A stretch of DNA of 64,000 nucleotides. Origin: an uncultured Gemmatimonadales bacterium (GTDB lineage: Bacteria > Gemmatimonadota > Gemmatimonadetes > Gemmatimonadales > Gemmatimonadaceae). The notes beneath the pieces were generated by a model. That model saw only the letters and a program-made list of their open reading frames with translations, was not told where the DNA came from and made no database searches. This document shows positions 1-8,866 of this stretch, one piece after another. The first letter of the stretch is position 1. Every line of letters starts with the position of its first letter. The position numbers were made by a program, and so were the translations under genes. Where the stretch lies: NCBI GenBank assembly GCA_963793305.1, contig CAWBZV010000005.1, positions 1,440,001-1,504,000 of the forward strand. The letters run 5' to 3'.

Positions 1-276
1 AGCGGCTTCGTGTACCTGATCAGCCGCCTTGGCGTGACGGGTGCCCGAGCCGAGCTACCGGCGGATCTCCCGGACACAATCGCGCGCCTGCGGTCGGCGA
101 CGACGCTCCCGATCTGCGTCGGCTTCGGGATCAGCCGTCCCGAGCATGCATCCGCGGTCGGCCGCCAAGCGGACGGCATCGTGGTCGGCAGCGCGTTGGT
201 CTCCGCCGCGGGCCGCAGCATCAAGGAGGCGCTGGCCCTGGTGCAGGGGCTGCGTAAGGGTCTCGACGGGTGCTGA
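1..276 (+). CDS. trpA: Tryptophan synthase alpha subunit, C-terminal part (5' end outside window)
   Basis: GFVYLISRLGVTG and VGFGIS...ADGIVVGSALV motifs. Confidence 0.95.
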   Translation, partial: SGFVYLISRLGVTGARAELPADLPDTIARLRSATTLPICVGFGISRPEHASAVGRQADGIVVGSALVSAAGRSIKEALALVQGLRKGLDGC

Positions 277-331
277 GAAGCGCACCCGCGAGACCCAGTC
301 GGTTGGACTGAGCTCGGCTGTTGCCGAGCTC
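258..331 (-). repeat. Double-hairpin palindromic element, copy A (divergent, overlaps trpA 3' end)
   Basis: Hairpin GAGCTCGGC-TGTT-GCCGAGCTC (310-331), core GTCGGTTGGA (298-307, reverse complement TCCAACCGAC), second hairpin 258-296. Confidence 0.7.
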
Positions 332-370
332 TACGCCGTTACGGGGTGACTGTCCCGGGCGTGTTGTAGC

Positions 371-2442
371 GTGGGAACATTCTTAAGACGTTATACCCGC
401 GTAGTCGGATTCGCTGGCTCGCTCCTGCTCATCGCGGCCCTGATCTGGGACCGCTCGTGGGAATCGCGCGGGGTCTCGATGCTCCTGCTCGCCGGGCTTT
501 CCGTCGTGCTGCGCATCGGCCAGATCCCGCTCACCAAATACTCGGCGGTCAATCTGCTGAGCGCCGTCGCCGTCGGCGGCGCGTTGCTCGTCGGCGCGCC
601 GGCGACCGCGTTGGCGCTCTATACGGGCGTGCTCATCGCCGACCTGGTCGTCCTGCGAAAAACCGGCGAGTTCGCCTGGATCAACGCGAGCCGCGAGGTC
701 GTCGCCCTGATCGCGGCGTATGGCTTCTACGCGTGGGTGATGAAGTGGATGGGCGCGCGCACGCTCTCGCCCGACACGGTGCCGGCGGCGGCCCTCTTCG
801 CCGTACTCTATTTCACGCTCAGCCGCGCGCTCCTGTACTTCACGCTCCTGATCCGCGACAAGCTGCTGCCCGATGAGTTGTCGCTCATCATTCGCTACGA
901 GTTGATCGTGTTCGGCGCCGGCGTCGGTGGCGCCGCCGCGGCACTCATCTCCATCGCGTTTTACGGCTTCGGCGCCTGGCCGATGCTCCTCGTGCTCGGC
1001 GTCTCGGGCTGGGTCCTCAAGCGAGTGCTCGAGGAATCCATCGCGGCCGAGGAGTTGAGCAACATCCATGCGGTCGACGAGGTCGTCATGGCCAATGTCG
1101 GGCTCGCCGAGGGATTCGCCTGGATCGAGCGCCTGGGTCATCGGCTGGTGGACTGGGGCACCATGCGGATCTTTCGGCTCGGCGCCGACGGTCTTCGTCT
1201 CGTTTGGCAAAGTGGGCAGGGCCTGATATCGGAGCCCGAGAAACCTGGCTCGGACGGCGCCATACTCCGCCGGCTCGCGCTCGACAGCGGCAAACCGTGC
1301 GTGGTCATCGACGCGTTGCGCGATCGCCGTGTCGAGAACCCGCGTCCCGAGGCGCGAAGCGGGATCGTGCTCCCGCTCAGATTTGGCGACCGCAATGTCG
1401 GCCTCGTGGAGCTCGAGCACCACAAGCGCAGCGCCTATGGCAAGAAGGAAGTCGCCCTGGTCCAGCGCTTCGCGAACCAGCTCGCGACGACGCTGCACAT
1501 CAACGACCTCCGTCAGCCACTGCTCGACGCTGTCACCAGCGTCGGCAGCCAGATCCGCACGCTCGGCGACTCGGCGCGCACGCTCCGTGGCGGCGGCGAG
1601 GGCGTCGCGCGCACGATCGCCGAGATCTCTCGCGGGATCGTCTCCGAGAACGAGGAGCTGGAGCGCTCGCTCGTGGTCACGCGCGCGCTGCACGAAGCCA
1701 CGACCAGCGTCGCCCGCGACGGCAGCGCGGCCGCCGAGGCGAGCCGCCACGCCACCGAGGTCGCGGGCAAGCACCGCGGCACGATCGCCGGCGCCATCGA
1801 GCGCCTCGTCGACGCGAAGGGTTTCGTCGGCGAAAGCTCGTCACGAATCGATGAGCTGGCGAAGACGACCCGCAGCGTAACCGACTGTATCGCGTTGATC
1901 CGCAACGTCGCCGAGCAAACCGACTTGCTCGCGCTCAACGCCGCGATCGAAGCGGCCCGCGCCGGCGAACGCGGCCGCGGCTTCGCGGTCGTCGCTGACG
2001 AAGTGCGTAAACTCGCCGAGCGCAGCGCCCGCGCCTCGGCAGAAGCCGGCGAAATAATCCTCGGTTTCGAAGAGCAGAATGCGCCGCGTCGCCGAGCAGA
2101 TGGAACGCGGCCGCGCGATCGTAGGCGACGTAGAGACCCTATCGGAAACAGCCCTCGGCGCCCTCGACGTAATCGTCGCTTCTACAGCAACCTCCGCCGA
2201 GCGCGCCCAACGCATCGCCCGCGTCAGCCGCGACCAGGAGTCCGAATGCGCCCGCCTCCGCGAGCGCGTCACCCGCATCTCCGAGATCGCCCAACGCAAT
2301 CGCCTGGGCGCCGAGAACGTCGCCGCCACCGCCCGCGACCAGGCGTCCGCCCTCGTCGAACTCGAGGGCGTCGCTCGGGAGCTTGCGCACGGTCGCCGGT
2401 TATCTCGGCAACGTCTCGCGCCGCATTACGTCGGCTGCGTAA
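371..2442 (+). CDS. Methyl-accepting chemotaxis protein with N-terminal multi-TM sensor and GAF domain; two apparent +1 frameshifts (~2078, ~2384)
   Basis: [37 protein letters not shown] signature; coiled-coil continues in the 2079 frame, then in a third frame to TAA 2440-2442. Confidence 0.85.
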
Positions 2443-2515
2443 AGAACCGTTCGCGCCATATTCCCCGGGCGAATCTGCGCGTTGATCGAGCATGCCAGCC
2501 GAAGTAGCGTTCGGC

Positions 2516-2704
2516 GTGAAAATCCGGGATTTGATTCGTATATTGGAGAGAGATGGTTGGTTGCAGGCGCGAACGCGCGGCAGTCACCGCCAGTACAAGC
2601 ACCCGACGAAACGCGGTGTCGTCACCGTCGCGGGTCATGAAAACGATGACATCGCCAAGGGTACGCTGAACAGCGTCTTGAAGCAGGCAGGACTCAAACT
2701 ATGA
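2516..2704 (+). CDS. hicA: HicA family mRNA interferase toxin
   Basis: LERDGW...RGSHRQYKHP..RGVVTVAGH...GTLNSVLKQAGL; GTG start at 2516. Confidence 0.92.
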   Translation: MKIRDLIRILERDGWLQARTRGSHRQYKHPTKRGVVTVAGHENDDIAKGTLNSVLKQAGLKL

Positions 2705-2916
2705 GCCGATACCTGATCGTCATCGAAGAGACCCCGACGGGCTATTCAGCGTATTCGCCGGATCTGCCCGGTTGTGTCGCAACTGGTCGTGATCGTGCCG
2801 AGGTCCAGCAGGTGATGCGCGAGGCGATAGCGTTCCACATCGAGGGGCTGCAACAGGCAGGAGAGCCCATCCCTCGCCCGGTCTCGACATCCGCATACGT
2901 CAACGTCGCTGCGTAG
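2701..2916 (+). CDS. hicB: HicB family antitoxin (short form)
   Basis: YSAYSPDLPGCVATG...EAIAFHIEGL; ATGA overlap with hicA. Confidence 0.92.
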   Translation: MSRYLIVIEETPTGYSAYSPDLPGCVATGRDRAEVQQVMREAIAFHIEGLQQAGEPIPRPVSTSAYVNVAA

Positions 2917-2922
2917 CGCCGC

Positions 2923-3027
2923 CTAACCTCGGCCGAGAATTGCCTGCGAGCCAAGGACGTAGAGTTCGTGTACATCGGCTACGTCGCACGCGGCGCGAAT
3001 AGCGTGTTCGAGCTCCTCGCGGGTCAT
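2923..3027 (-). pseudogene. N-terminal fragment (34 aa) of a DUF6036-like nucleotidyltransferase
   Basis: Hand translation MTREELEHAIRAACDVADVHELYVLGSQAILGRG*, GAGGG SD upstream, stops just after the GSQAILG motif. Confidence 0.65.
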
Positions 3028-3034
3028 AGCCCCT

Positions 3035-3997
3035 CTAGGTCGCCCGTACTATCGCGTCGCGCTCGCTGGGCGAGAGCGCGTCGAGAAAAGGGAGCGACTG
3101 GCGAAGGCGCGTGGCGCGAGCACCAGGGTCGACCAGGAGGCGACGGAGTTTCGCGACCGAGCTCGTTGCCAGAATCCGGTCCCACTCCTCGAGCGTTTTG
3201 CGTTCGCTTGCTGATGCCCGCGACAAGCGTCGCGCGATTGTTCTCCGGGCGCGGGAGACTAAGGTCGGCTCTGACTTCAGTTTCTTCGCGATTGCCTCGC
3301 CGAGCGCCACCGCGCGCGCGTCGAGATCACCGTGCACGCGTGTGTTTCGCCTCGGTCCGGAGGGTTGAACCAACGGCGATAGCGGAGACAGTCCGACGAG
3401 AGGGATGACATCAACAAGCACCTCTCGCTCGGTTGAAGTAAGGGTCTCGAGGTCAGCGTGCGTCAGCTGCCTGACGTCGATCGTGATGTCCTCCTCGGCC
3501 TCCACCGGCGCAAGACTCTGACGAAGTGCCGCAACGTTGGTCTCAATGCTCGTGTCGTGTGCCAGAATGCCAACTACGATCGGGTCACCCGGTCGATCAC
3601 GGCCAGTGGCGACGGAGCCTTCGATCCAGACGTGGGCAACCGGAGTCGGAAACGCCTCTAGCGCGGCTCGTTTTATTCGATTCACGATGCGCTCAAAGTA
3701 GCTTCGCTCGGCAGCGAAGAAGCGCGTCAGTGCCGTCGCCAGCGGGTGTCGACGCGCGATCTGGACGAGTCGTCGAGACCCGCCTCCTATCATCTCGACG
3801 ATTCCGACATCAACCAGTTCAGCGAGTGCGATGCGCACACCGGAGGGGCGGAGGGCCGCACGATGCGCGACCTCACCCGCCGTGATCGGTCCTTCCGTCG
3901 AGGTGAGCACTCGCAGAATACGCACTCGTGCCTCGGTGCCCAAGATACTGTTCAGCGGGCTACGGAGGGCGCTTTGAGCTGTGGCTGTCGGACGCAT
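3035..3997 (-). CDS. wHTH + minimal nucleotidyltransferase-like domain + C-terminal RLRQS.PF domain (putative antitoxin/regulator)
   Basis: N-terminal LGTEARVRILRVL wHTH; WIEGSVATG.DRPGD.I MNT-like motif (degenerate acidic pair). Confidence 0.7.
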   Translation of the reverse strand: MRPTATAQSALRSPLNSILGTEARVRILRVLTSTEGPITAGEVAHRAALRPSGVRIALAELVDVGIVEMIGGGSRRLVQIARRHPLATALTRFFAAERSYFERIVNRIKRAALEAFPTPVAHVWIEGSVATGRDRPGDPIVVGILAHDTSIETNVAALRQSLAPVEAEEDITIDVRQLTHADLETLTSTEREVLVDVIPLVGLSPLSPLVQPSGPRRNTRVHGDLDARAVALGEAIAKKLKSEPTLVSRARRTIARRLSRASASERKTLEEWDRILATSSVAKLRRLLVDPGARATRLRQSLPFLDALSPSERDAIVRAT

Positions 3998-4000
3998 GCG

Positions 4001-4054
4001 GTCGTTATAATGGTTGAATAGCCATTATAATGGCGACAAGGCCGTTATAATGTC
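4001..4054. promoter_or_regulatory. Three palindromic operator-like boxes at 20-bp period
   Basis: GTCGTTATAATGGT (4001), GCCATTATAATGGC (4021, perfect palindrome), GCCGTTATAATGTC (4041), directly upstream of the 3997 start. Confidence 0.7.
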
Positions 4055-4290
4055 AAGAGCCTTGGTGACCGTGAAACGCCTTTGCGTCCTCGAGTACCCG
4101 CAGGGCTTGCTCGCGCGTTACGCCGGGGAAACTGTCTAGCCAATCGGTCAGCGTCTCCCCATCTGCTAGCCATTCGAACAGAGACGCAACGGGCACGCGC
4201 GTCTCCACGAACACAGGTTCGCCCCCTAGAATCTCGGGATTGCTATGCACGACGCGGTCGCCCGTACGCTGCCCCGAATGCTTATCATGA
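4053..4290 (-). CDS. DUF433 family protein (antitoxin-like); start uncertain
   Basis: VHSNPEILGGEPVFVETRVPV..LF..L..GETL..WLDSFPGVTREQ. Confidence 0.8.
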
Positions 4291-4392
4291 TCAATGTGTA
4301 GTTCGTTGGTCTCTATTCCGGCAACGTGTAAGCTTTCGCCGTTCACGCTACACGCGAGTGCAGCCAACTCCATCATCGCCTAGATTTCCCGC

Positions 4393-4741
4393 GTGACGAA
4401 CCGCCAGACGATCAGCCTGCACGGGATGCGGTTTCACGCCCTCATCGGCATTCTGCCCCACGAAGCCGAGTTCCCACAACCGGTGGAGATCGACCTCACG
4501 GTTTGGCGCGACCGGAGCGGGGCCGAGTTCATGGACTATCGTCGCCTCTACGAGATCGCCGCAAATGCCCTTGCCGTTGGCCACGGCCCGTATCTCGAAG
4601 ACGTAGCCGAGCACGTCGCCGAGCAGGCGCTCGGGCTCAACGGGCGTCGATGGAGTGCGCGTGGCGGTGCGCAAGCCGCATGTGGCGCTTCCGGGGCCGC
4701 TGGATTACGCCGAGGTCGTCGTGGAGCGCACGACGAAATGA
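4393..4741 (+). CDS. folB: Dihydroneopterin aldolase; apparent +1 frameshift ~4639
   Basis: LHGMRFHALIGILPHE...QPVEIDL...DYR; the shifted frame gives GVRVAVRKPHVALPGPLDYAEVVVER, TGA 4739-4741. Confidence 0.85.
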
Positions 4742-5160
4742 CGAGCCGCGAGATCGCCTTTGTGGCGCTCGGATCGAACCTCGGGGATCGCGCCGGGTAT
4801 CTGGCAGAGGCCCGCGAGGCTATGGCGGCCCTGCCGGGGACCCGGATCGTTGGCGAGAGCGAGGTTGAGGAGACAGCGCCGATTGGGCCGGTGGGGCAGG
4901 GGCCCTATCTGAATCAAATGGTGGCGTTGGAAACCTCCCTCGCGCCCCACGAGTTATTGTCCCAGTTGCAGGCTATCGAGCACGCCGCGGGGAGAGTGCG
5001 CACGCAGCGCTGGGGACCGCGGACGCTCGATCTCGACATCGTCCAGTTCGGCGATCGCACGATCCGGGATCCGGATCTCGTGGTCCCGCACCCAGAGTTG
5101 CCTCACCGCGACTTCTGGCAACGCGAGCTCTCCCAGCTGCGCACCGGAGCTATCCCATGA
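4738..5160 (+). CDS. folK: 2-amino-4-hydroxy-6-hydroxymethyldihydropteridine diphosphokinase
   Basis: FVALGSNLGDR, RWGPRTLDLDI, VPHPEL. Confidence 0.95.
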   Translation: MTSREIAFVALGSNLGDRAGYLAEAREAMAALPGTRIVGESEVEETAPIGPVGQGPYLNQMVALETSLAPHELLSQLQAIEHAAGRVRTQRWGPRTLDLDIVQFGDRTIRDPDLVVPHPELPHRDFWQRELSQLRTGAIP

Positions 5161-6005
5161 GCGTGTACACCGTCACTCCTCCCCCGAGCGCCCACAACGG
5201 ACGCGCGTCCCGTTCCACGGTCGCGGACTTCGCCTCCAAGAGAGCGAAGGGCGAGCGTCTGGTCGTGGTTACCGCGTACGATGCAATGTTCGCGCGACTC
5301 GTCGACGAAGCCGACGTTGACGCGATCCTGGTCGGTGACTCGGTCGGCAATGTCGTCGCCGGGTACGACAGCACCGTCCCGGTCACGCTCGACCAGATGA
5401 TCTACCACGCGTCGGCGGTGAAACGCGGCTCGTCGCGCGCGTTGCTCATGGTCGACATGCCCTTCCTGACCTATCAGGTGAGCATCGAGCGCGCCCTGCT
5501 CAACTGCGGCCGGGTGTTCCAGGAAGCGGGTGCGCAGGCGGTGAAGATCGAGGGCGGCTCACCGGAGCTCGCGGCTACGATCCAGGCGCTCGTACGAGTT
5601 GGGATGCCGGTCATGGCACACCTAGGCTACACCCCGCAGTCCGTCAACGCATTGAGCGGGCCCCGGGTGCAAGCGCGACTGCCGCAAGCCGCCAATGATC
5701 TCGTCGATGCCGCCAAGCGGCTCGAGGACGCGGGCGCGTTCGCGATCCTGCTCGAGCTGATCCCGGCCGAAGTCGCCGCGCGGGTGACCGCGGCGGTGTC
5801 GGTCCCGACGATCGGCATCGGGGCCGGACCGGAGTGCTCCGGGCAAGTACTGGTACTCCATGATCTCCTCGGGCTGAACGACACGTTCACGCCGCGCTTC
5901 TTGAAGCGCTACGCGGCCCTGGCCGAAGACGTCCGCGGCGCGATCCGCGCGTTCGGGACCGACGTCCGGTCCGGCGCATACCCGGATGCCGCGCACAGCT
6001 TCTAG
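5157..6005 (+). CDS. panB: 3-methyl-2-oxobutanoate hydroxymethyltransferase
   Basis: TAYD, ILVGDS, VKIEGG, HLGYTPQ, TIGIGAG. Confidence 0.96.
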   Translation: MSVYTVTPPPSAHNGRASRSTVADFASKRAKGERLVVVTAYDAMFARLVDEADVDAILVGDSVGNVVAGYDSTVPVTLDQMIYHASAVKRGSSRALLMVDMPFLTYQVSIERALLNCGRVFQEAGAQAVKIEGGSPELAATIQALVRVGMPVMAHLGYTPQSVNALSGPRVQARLPQAANDLVDAAKRLEDAGAFAILLELIPAEVAARVTAAVSVPTIGIGAGPECSGQVLVLHDLLGLNDTFTPRFLKRYAALAEDVRGAIRAFGTDVRSGAYPDAAHSF

Positions 6006-6888
6006 CAAGGGGGGTTTGGGGGAACTCCCCCAAACCCCCTCGCTCGTTCATCGCCCCGATGACCTACGCGCGTTGCTGGCCGAGCATCGCGTGCGGGGCG
6101 GCACGGTGGGGTTCGTCCCGACGATGGGCGCGCTGCACGCCGGCCATCTCTCGCTGGTCGATGCAGCCCGTGCGCGCTCGGACCTCGTGGTGATGAGCGT
6201 GTTCGTCAATCCGCTCCAGTTCGGACCGAACGAGGACTTCGCCGCCTATCCCCGGGACCTCGCGGCTGATCGGGCGCTCGCCGCGTCGCGGGGCGTCGAT
6301 GTCGTGTTCGCGCCTGACACCGAAGCGCTCTACCCCAAGACTGGAGCGGCGCCGGTCCGTGTCATTCCCGAGCTGGACCCGCCACGGTGGGAAGCCGCCG
6401 TTCGGCCCGGACACTTTGCCGGCGTGTTGACGGTCGTGGCGAAGCTCTTCAACATCGTGCGACCCGATGTCGCCGTGTTCGGACAGAAGGATATCCAACA
6501 AGCCACGCTGATCCGGGCAATGACCGCCGCGCTCGACTTTCCGATCGACCTCGTGATCGCGCCGATTGTGCGTGAGGCAGACGGGCTGGCGATGTCGAGC
6601 CGGAATGTCTACCTGTCGGCCGAGGAACGGATACACGCACGCGCGCTGTCGCGCGCGTTGCGCGTGGTCGAGGACCGATGGCGAGCGGGCGAGCGGAGCG
6701 GGAACGCGTTGGAATCGGCGGGAAAGGCGATACTCGCCGCGGAGACCGGCGTCAGCACCGATTATTTCGCCGTCGTGGAACCCGCGCGACTGGAGCCGAC
6801 CCCACAGCCGGGACCAGGTAGTGTGGTGATAGTAGCCGCCCGCGTTGGACGTACCCGCTTGCTGGACAACATTATTCTCGGCGCATGA
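5986..6888 (+). CDS. panC: Pantoate--beta-alanine ligase (start ATG 5986 or TTG 6016)
   Basis: FVPTMGALHAGH, FVNPLQF, RPGHF, FGQKD, GLAMSSRN, RLLDN. Confidence 0.95.
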   Translation: MPRTASSKGGLGELPQTPSLVHRPDDLRALLAEHRVRGGTVGFVPTMGALHAGHLSLVDAARARSDLVVMSVFVNPLQFGPNEDFAAYPRDLAADRALAASRGVDVVFAPDTEALYPKTGAAPVRVIPELDPPRWEAAVRPGHFAGVLTVVAKLFNIVRPDVAVFGQKDIQQATLIRAMTAALDFPIDLVIAPIVREADGLAMSSRNVYLSAEERIHARALSRALRVVEDRWRAGERSGNALESAGKAILAAETGVSTDYFAVVEPARLEPTPQPGPGSVVIVAARVGRTRLLDNIILGA

Positions 6889-7430
6889 CCGAGACCGTCG
6901 AGCTCCCACCGTGGGCGATCGTCAGCGACAAGCGCCGCGCGCACATCGCCCGGGTGACCGCGCTGATCGACGCGTGGGCCGACGCGATGCGACTCGAGCC
7001 GGCCGTGCGCCAGGAGTGGCATGACGCCGCGCGCTGGCATGATGCGCTGCGCGATGCGCCTGAGGCGCTGCTCCGCGAGCTCGCGGTTGGATTTCCGGTG
7101 GCCGACGCTAGCCTTTTGCACGGTCCCGCGGTCGAAGCTCGCCTCCGTCGCGATGGCGAGCACCGGACCGCGGTCCTCGACGCCGTCCGGTGGCACACGA
7201 TCGGACACAAGGGGTGGACACGCACGGGGAAGGCGCTGTTCATGGCCGATTTCCTGGAGCCCGGACGATCCTTTATGAGGGCCGAGCGCGGCTACCTCGC
7301 GCACCAGGTGCCGCACGATTTCGACGGGACGTTCCGCGAGGTCGTCCGGGTCCGGCTGGAGGGGACGCTCCGCGACGGGAAGCCGCTGTTCCTCGAAACA
7401 GTCGATTTGTGGAACTCGATACGCGGCTAA
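6885..7430 (+). CDS. HD-domain hydrolase, YqeK-like
   Basis: KRRAH...WHDA...LHGPA...WHTIG...FMADFLEPGR. Confidence 0.8.
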   Translation: MTETVELPPWAIVSDKRRAHIARVTALIDAWADAMRLEPAVRQEWHDAARWHDALRDAPEALLRELAVGFPVADASLLHGPAVEARLRRDGEHRTAVLDAVRWHTIGHKGWTRTGKALFMADFLEPGRSFMRAERGYLAHQVPHDFDGTFREVVRVRLEGTLRDGKPLFLETVDLWNSIRG

Positions 7431-7810
7431 CCCTCGCCGCACTCGTGCTGCTCGCGTGTGCACGCGACCCCGCGCCTCAGCGCGAGAGCGCGGGCGGTGC
7501 GATCGAAGCGCCTACCGAGCGCATTCGAGTCGAGGTGCTGAACGCGACCAAGGTCCATGGGCTCGCCCGCAGGGCGACCGAGTATCTCCGTGACCGTGGC
7601 TTCAATGTCGTCGCATCGGGCACGGCCCGCGAGCAGCGTGACTCGACGCTGATCATCGACCGCACGAACCATCCCGTATGGGCCGGCCGGGCCGCGCGCG
7701 CATTCAACGGCGCGCGCGTCGAGCTCGCGCCCGACAGCTCACGCTACGTGGACATCACGGTCCTGCTCGGCGCCACGTGGCGACCGCCGGCCGAGCCGTT
7801 CTACCCGTAG
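7409..7810 (+). CDS. LytR C-terminal domain lipoprotein
   Basis: Lipobox LLAC; VEVLNAT..HGLARRATEYLRDRGF...DITVLLG. Confidence 0.8.
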   Translation: MELDTRLTLAALVLLACARDPAPQRESAGGAIEAPTERIRVEVLNATKVHGLARRATEYLRDRGFNVVASGTAREQRDSTLIIDRTNHPVWAGRAARAFNGARVELAPDSSRYVDITVLLGATWRPPAEPFYP

Positions 7811-8806
7811 CTGGCCGCAGGCGGCGCTGATGTCGACGCCGCGACTCTTCCGAATCGCCACCTCGACGCCGCGCTTTCTCAAGGTCCCCGCGAACGCCGC
7901 GGTGGCTTTCGCGCTACTCGGCGTGAAGCCGAGCGCGCCGCCGGGGTGCAGCGGGATGAGGTTTACGAACGCTCCACACTTTCTGGCGAGCGCCGCCAGC
8001 TGCTCGGCCTGCGCCGGGCTGTCGTTCACGCCGCCCAAGAGCACGTACTCGAACGTCACTCGGCGTACCAGCGTCTTCGCGGCCTCGATGAGTTGATCAA
8101 GCGGGTACTTCGTGTTGATCGGCATGAGCTGTTGGCGTAATGCGTCGGTCGGCGCGTGAACGGACAGCGCCAGACGAAACTGCTCAGGTCTCGCCGCCAA
8201 CGCCTGAATGCCGGGCAAAACGCCGACGGTGGACACGGTGATGTGGCGCGCCCCAATGCCGAGCGCGCCCGGATCGTTGAGCAAGGACAACGCAACGTCC
8301 ACCGCCTTCCAGTTCATGAGCGGCTCGCCCATGCCCATGAACACGATGTTGGTCGGGCGGATGCCGAGCAGCAGCATCTCACGCACCTGGCCGGCGATCT
8401 CGAACGGGCGCAAGTTCCGCGCAAATCCCATGGCGCCGGTCGCGCAAAACGCACATTGGAGCGCGCACCCGGCTTGGGACGAAATGCACAAGGTGAGTCG
8501 ATTCTGTTCCGGTATGGCGACGGTCTCGATGCCCTCACCGTCATCGAGTCGAAACAGAAACTTCTCGGTTCCGTCAGAAGAGCGTTGACGGGTGTCAAGC
8601 GTCAGGCGAGGGAGCGAAAACGTGGCGCCGAGACGCTCCCGCAGGGCAACCGGTAGCTCGGTCATGTCCGCGAACGACGCCGTGGGATTCCGCCACAGGC
8701 GGTCCGCGACCTGACGGGCACGGTATGCCGGCTCGCCCGCCTCATGCATGAAGCGTGCGAGCCGTTGTTCCGCTTCGGCGCGCGGCAAGTCGAGCAGGTT
8801 GTCCAT
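7739..8806 (-). CDS. rlmN: Dual-specificity RNA methyltransferase RlmN
   Basis: CISSQAGCALQCAFCATG, VFMGMGEP, DISAACGQL. Confidence 0.95.
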   Translation of the reverse strand: MDNLLDLPRAEAEQRLARFMHEAGEPAYRARQVADRLWRNPTASFADMTELPVALRERLGATFSLPRLTLDTRQRSSDGTEKFLFRLDDGEGIETVAIPEQNRLTLCISSQAGCALQCAFCATGAMGFARNLRPFEIAGQVREMLLLGIRPTNIVFMGMGEPLMNWKAVDVALSLLNDPGALGIGARHITVSTVGVLPGIQALAARPEQFRLALSVHAPTDALRQQLMPINTKYPLDQLIEAAKTLVRRVTFEYVLLGGVNDSPAQAEQLAALARKCGAFVNLIPLHPGGALGFTPSSAKATAAFAGTLRKRGVEVAIRKSRGVDISAACGQLRVERLGRRSPRGAEQDRDVHVA

Positions 8807-8866
8807 GGGTCCCGTGCGGTTAGTTTTCAGTATCTGGATGAAGACTAACCGACCAATCCGGGGGAC

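Noticed and set aside
4393..5160. Apparent FolB-FolK fusion ORF
   Set aside because: The true FolB C-terminus lies in another frame and ends at an ATGA overlap with folK, so the fusion comes from a +1 indel near 4639.
8845..8860. TAACCGACCAATC resembling the element core
   Set aside because: Short partial match with no flanking hairpins.
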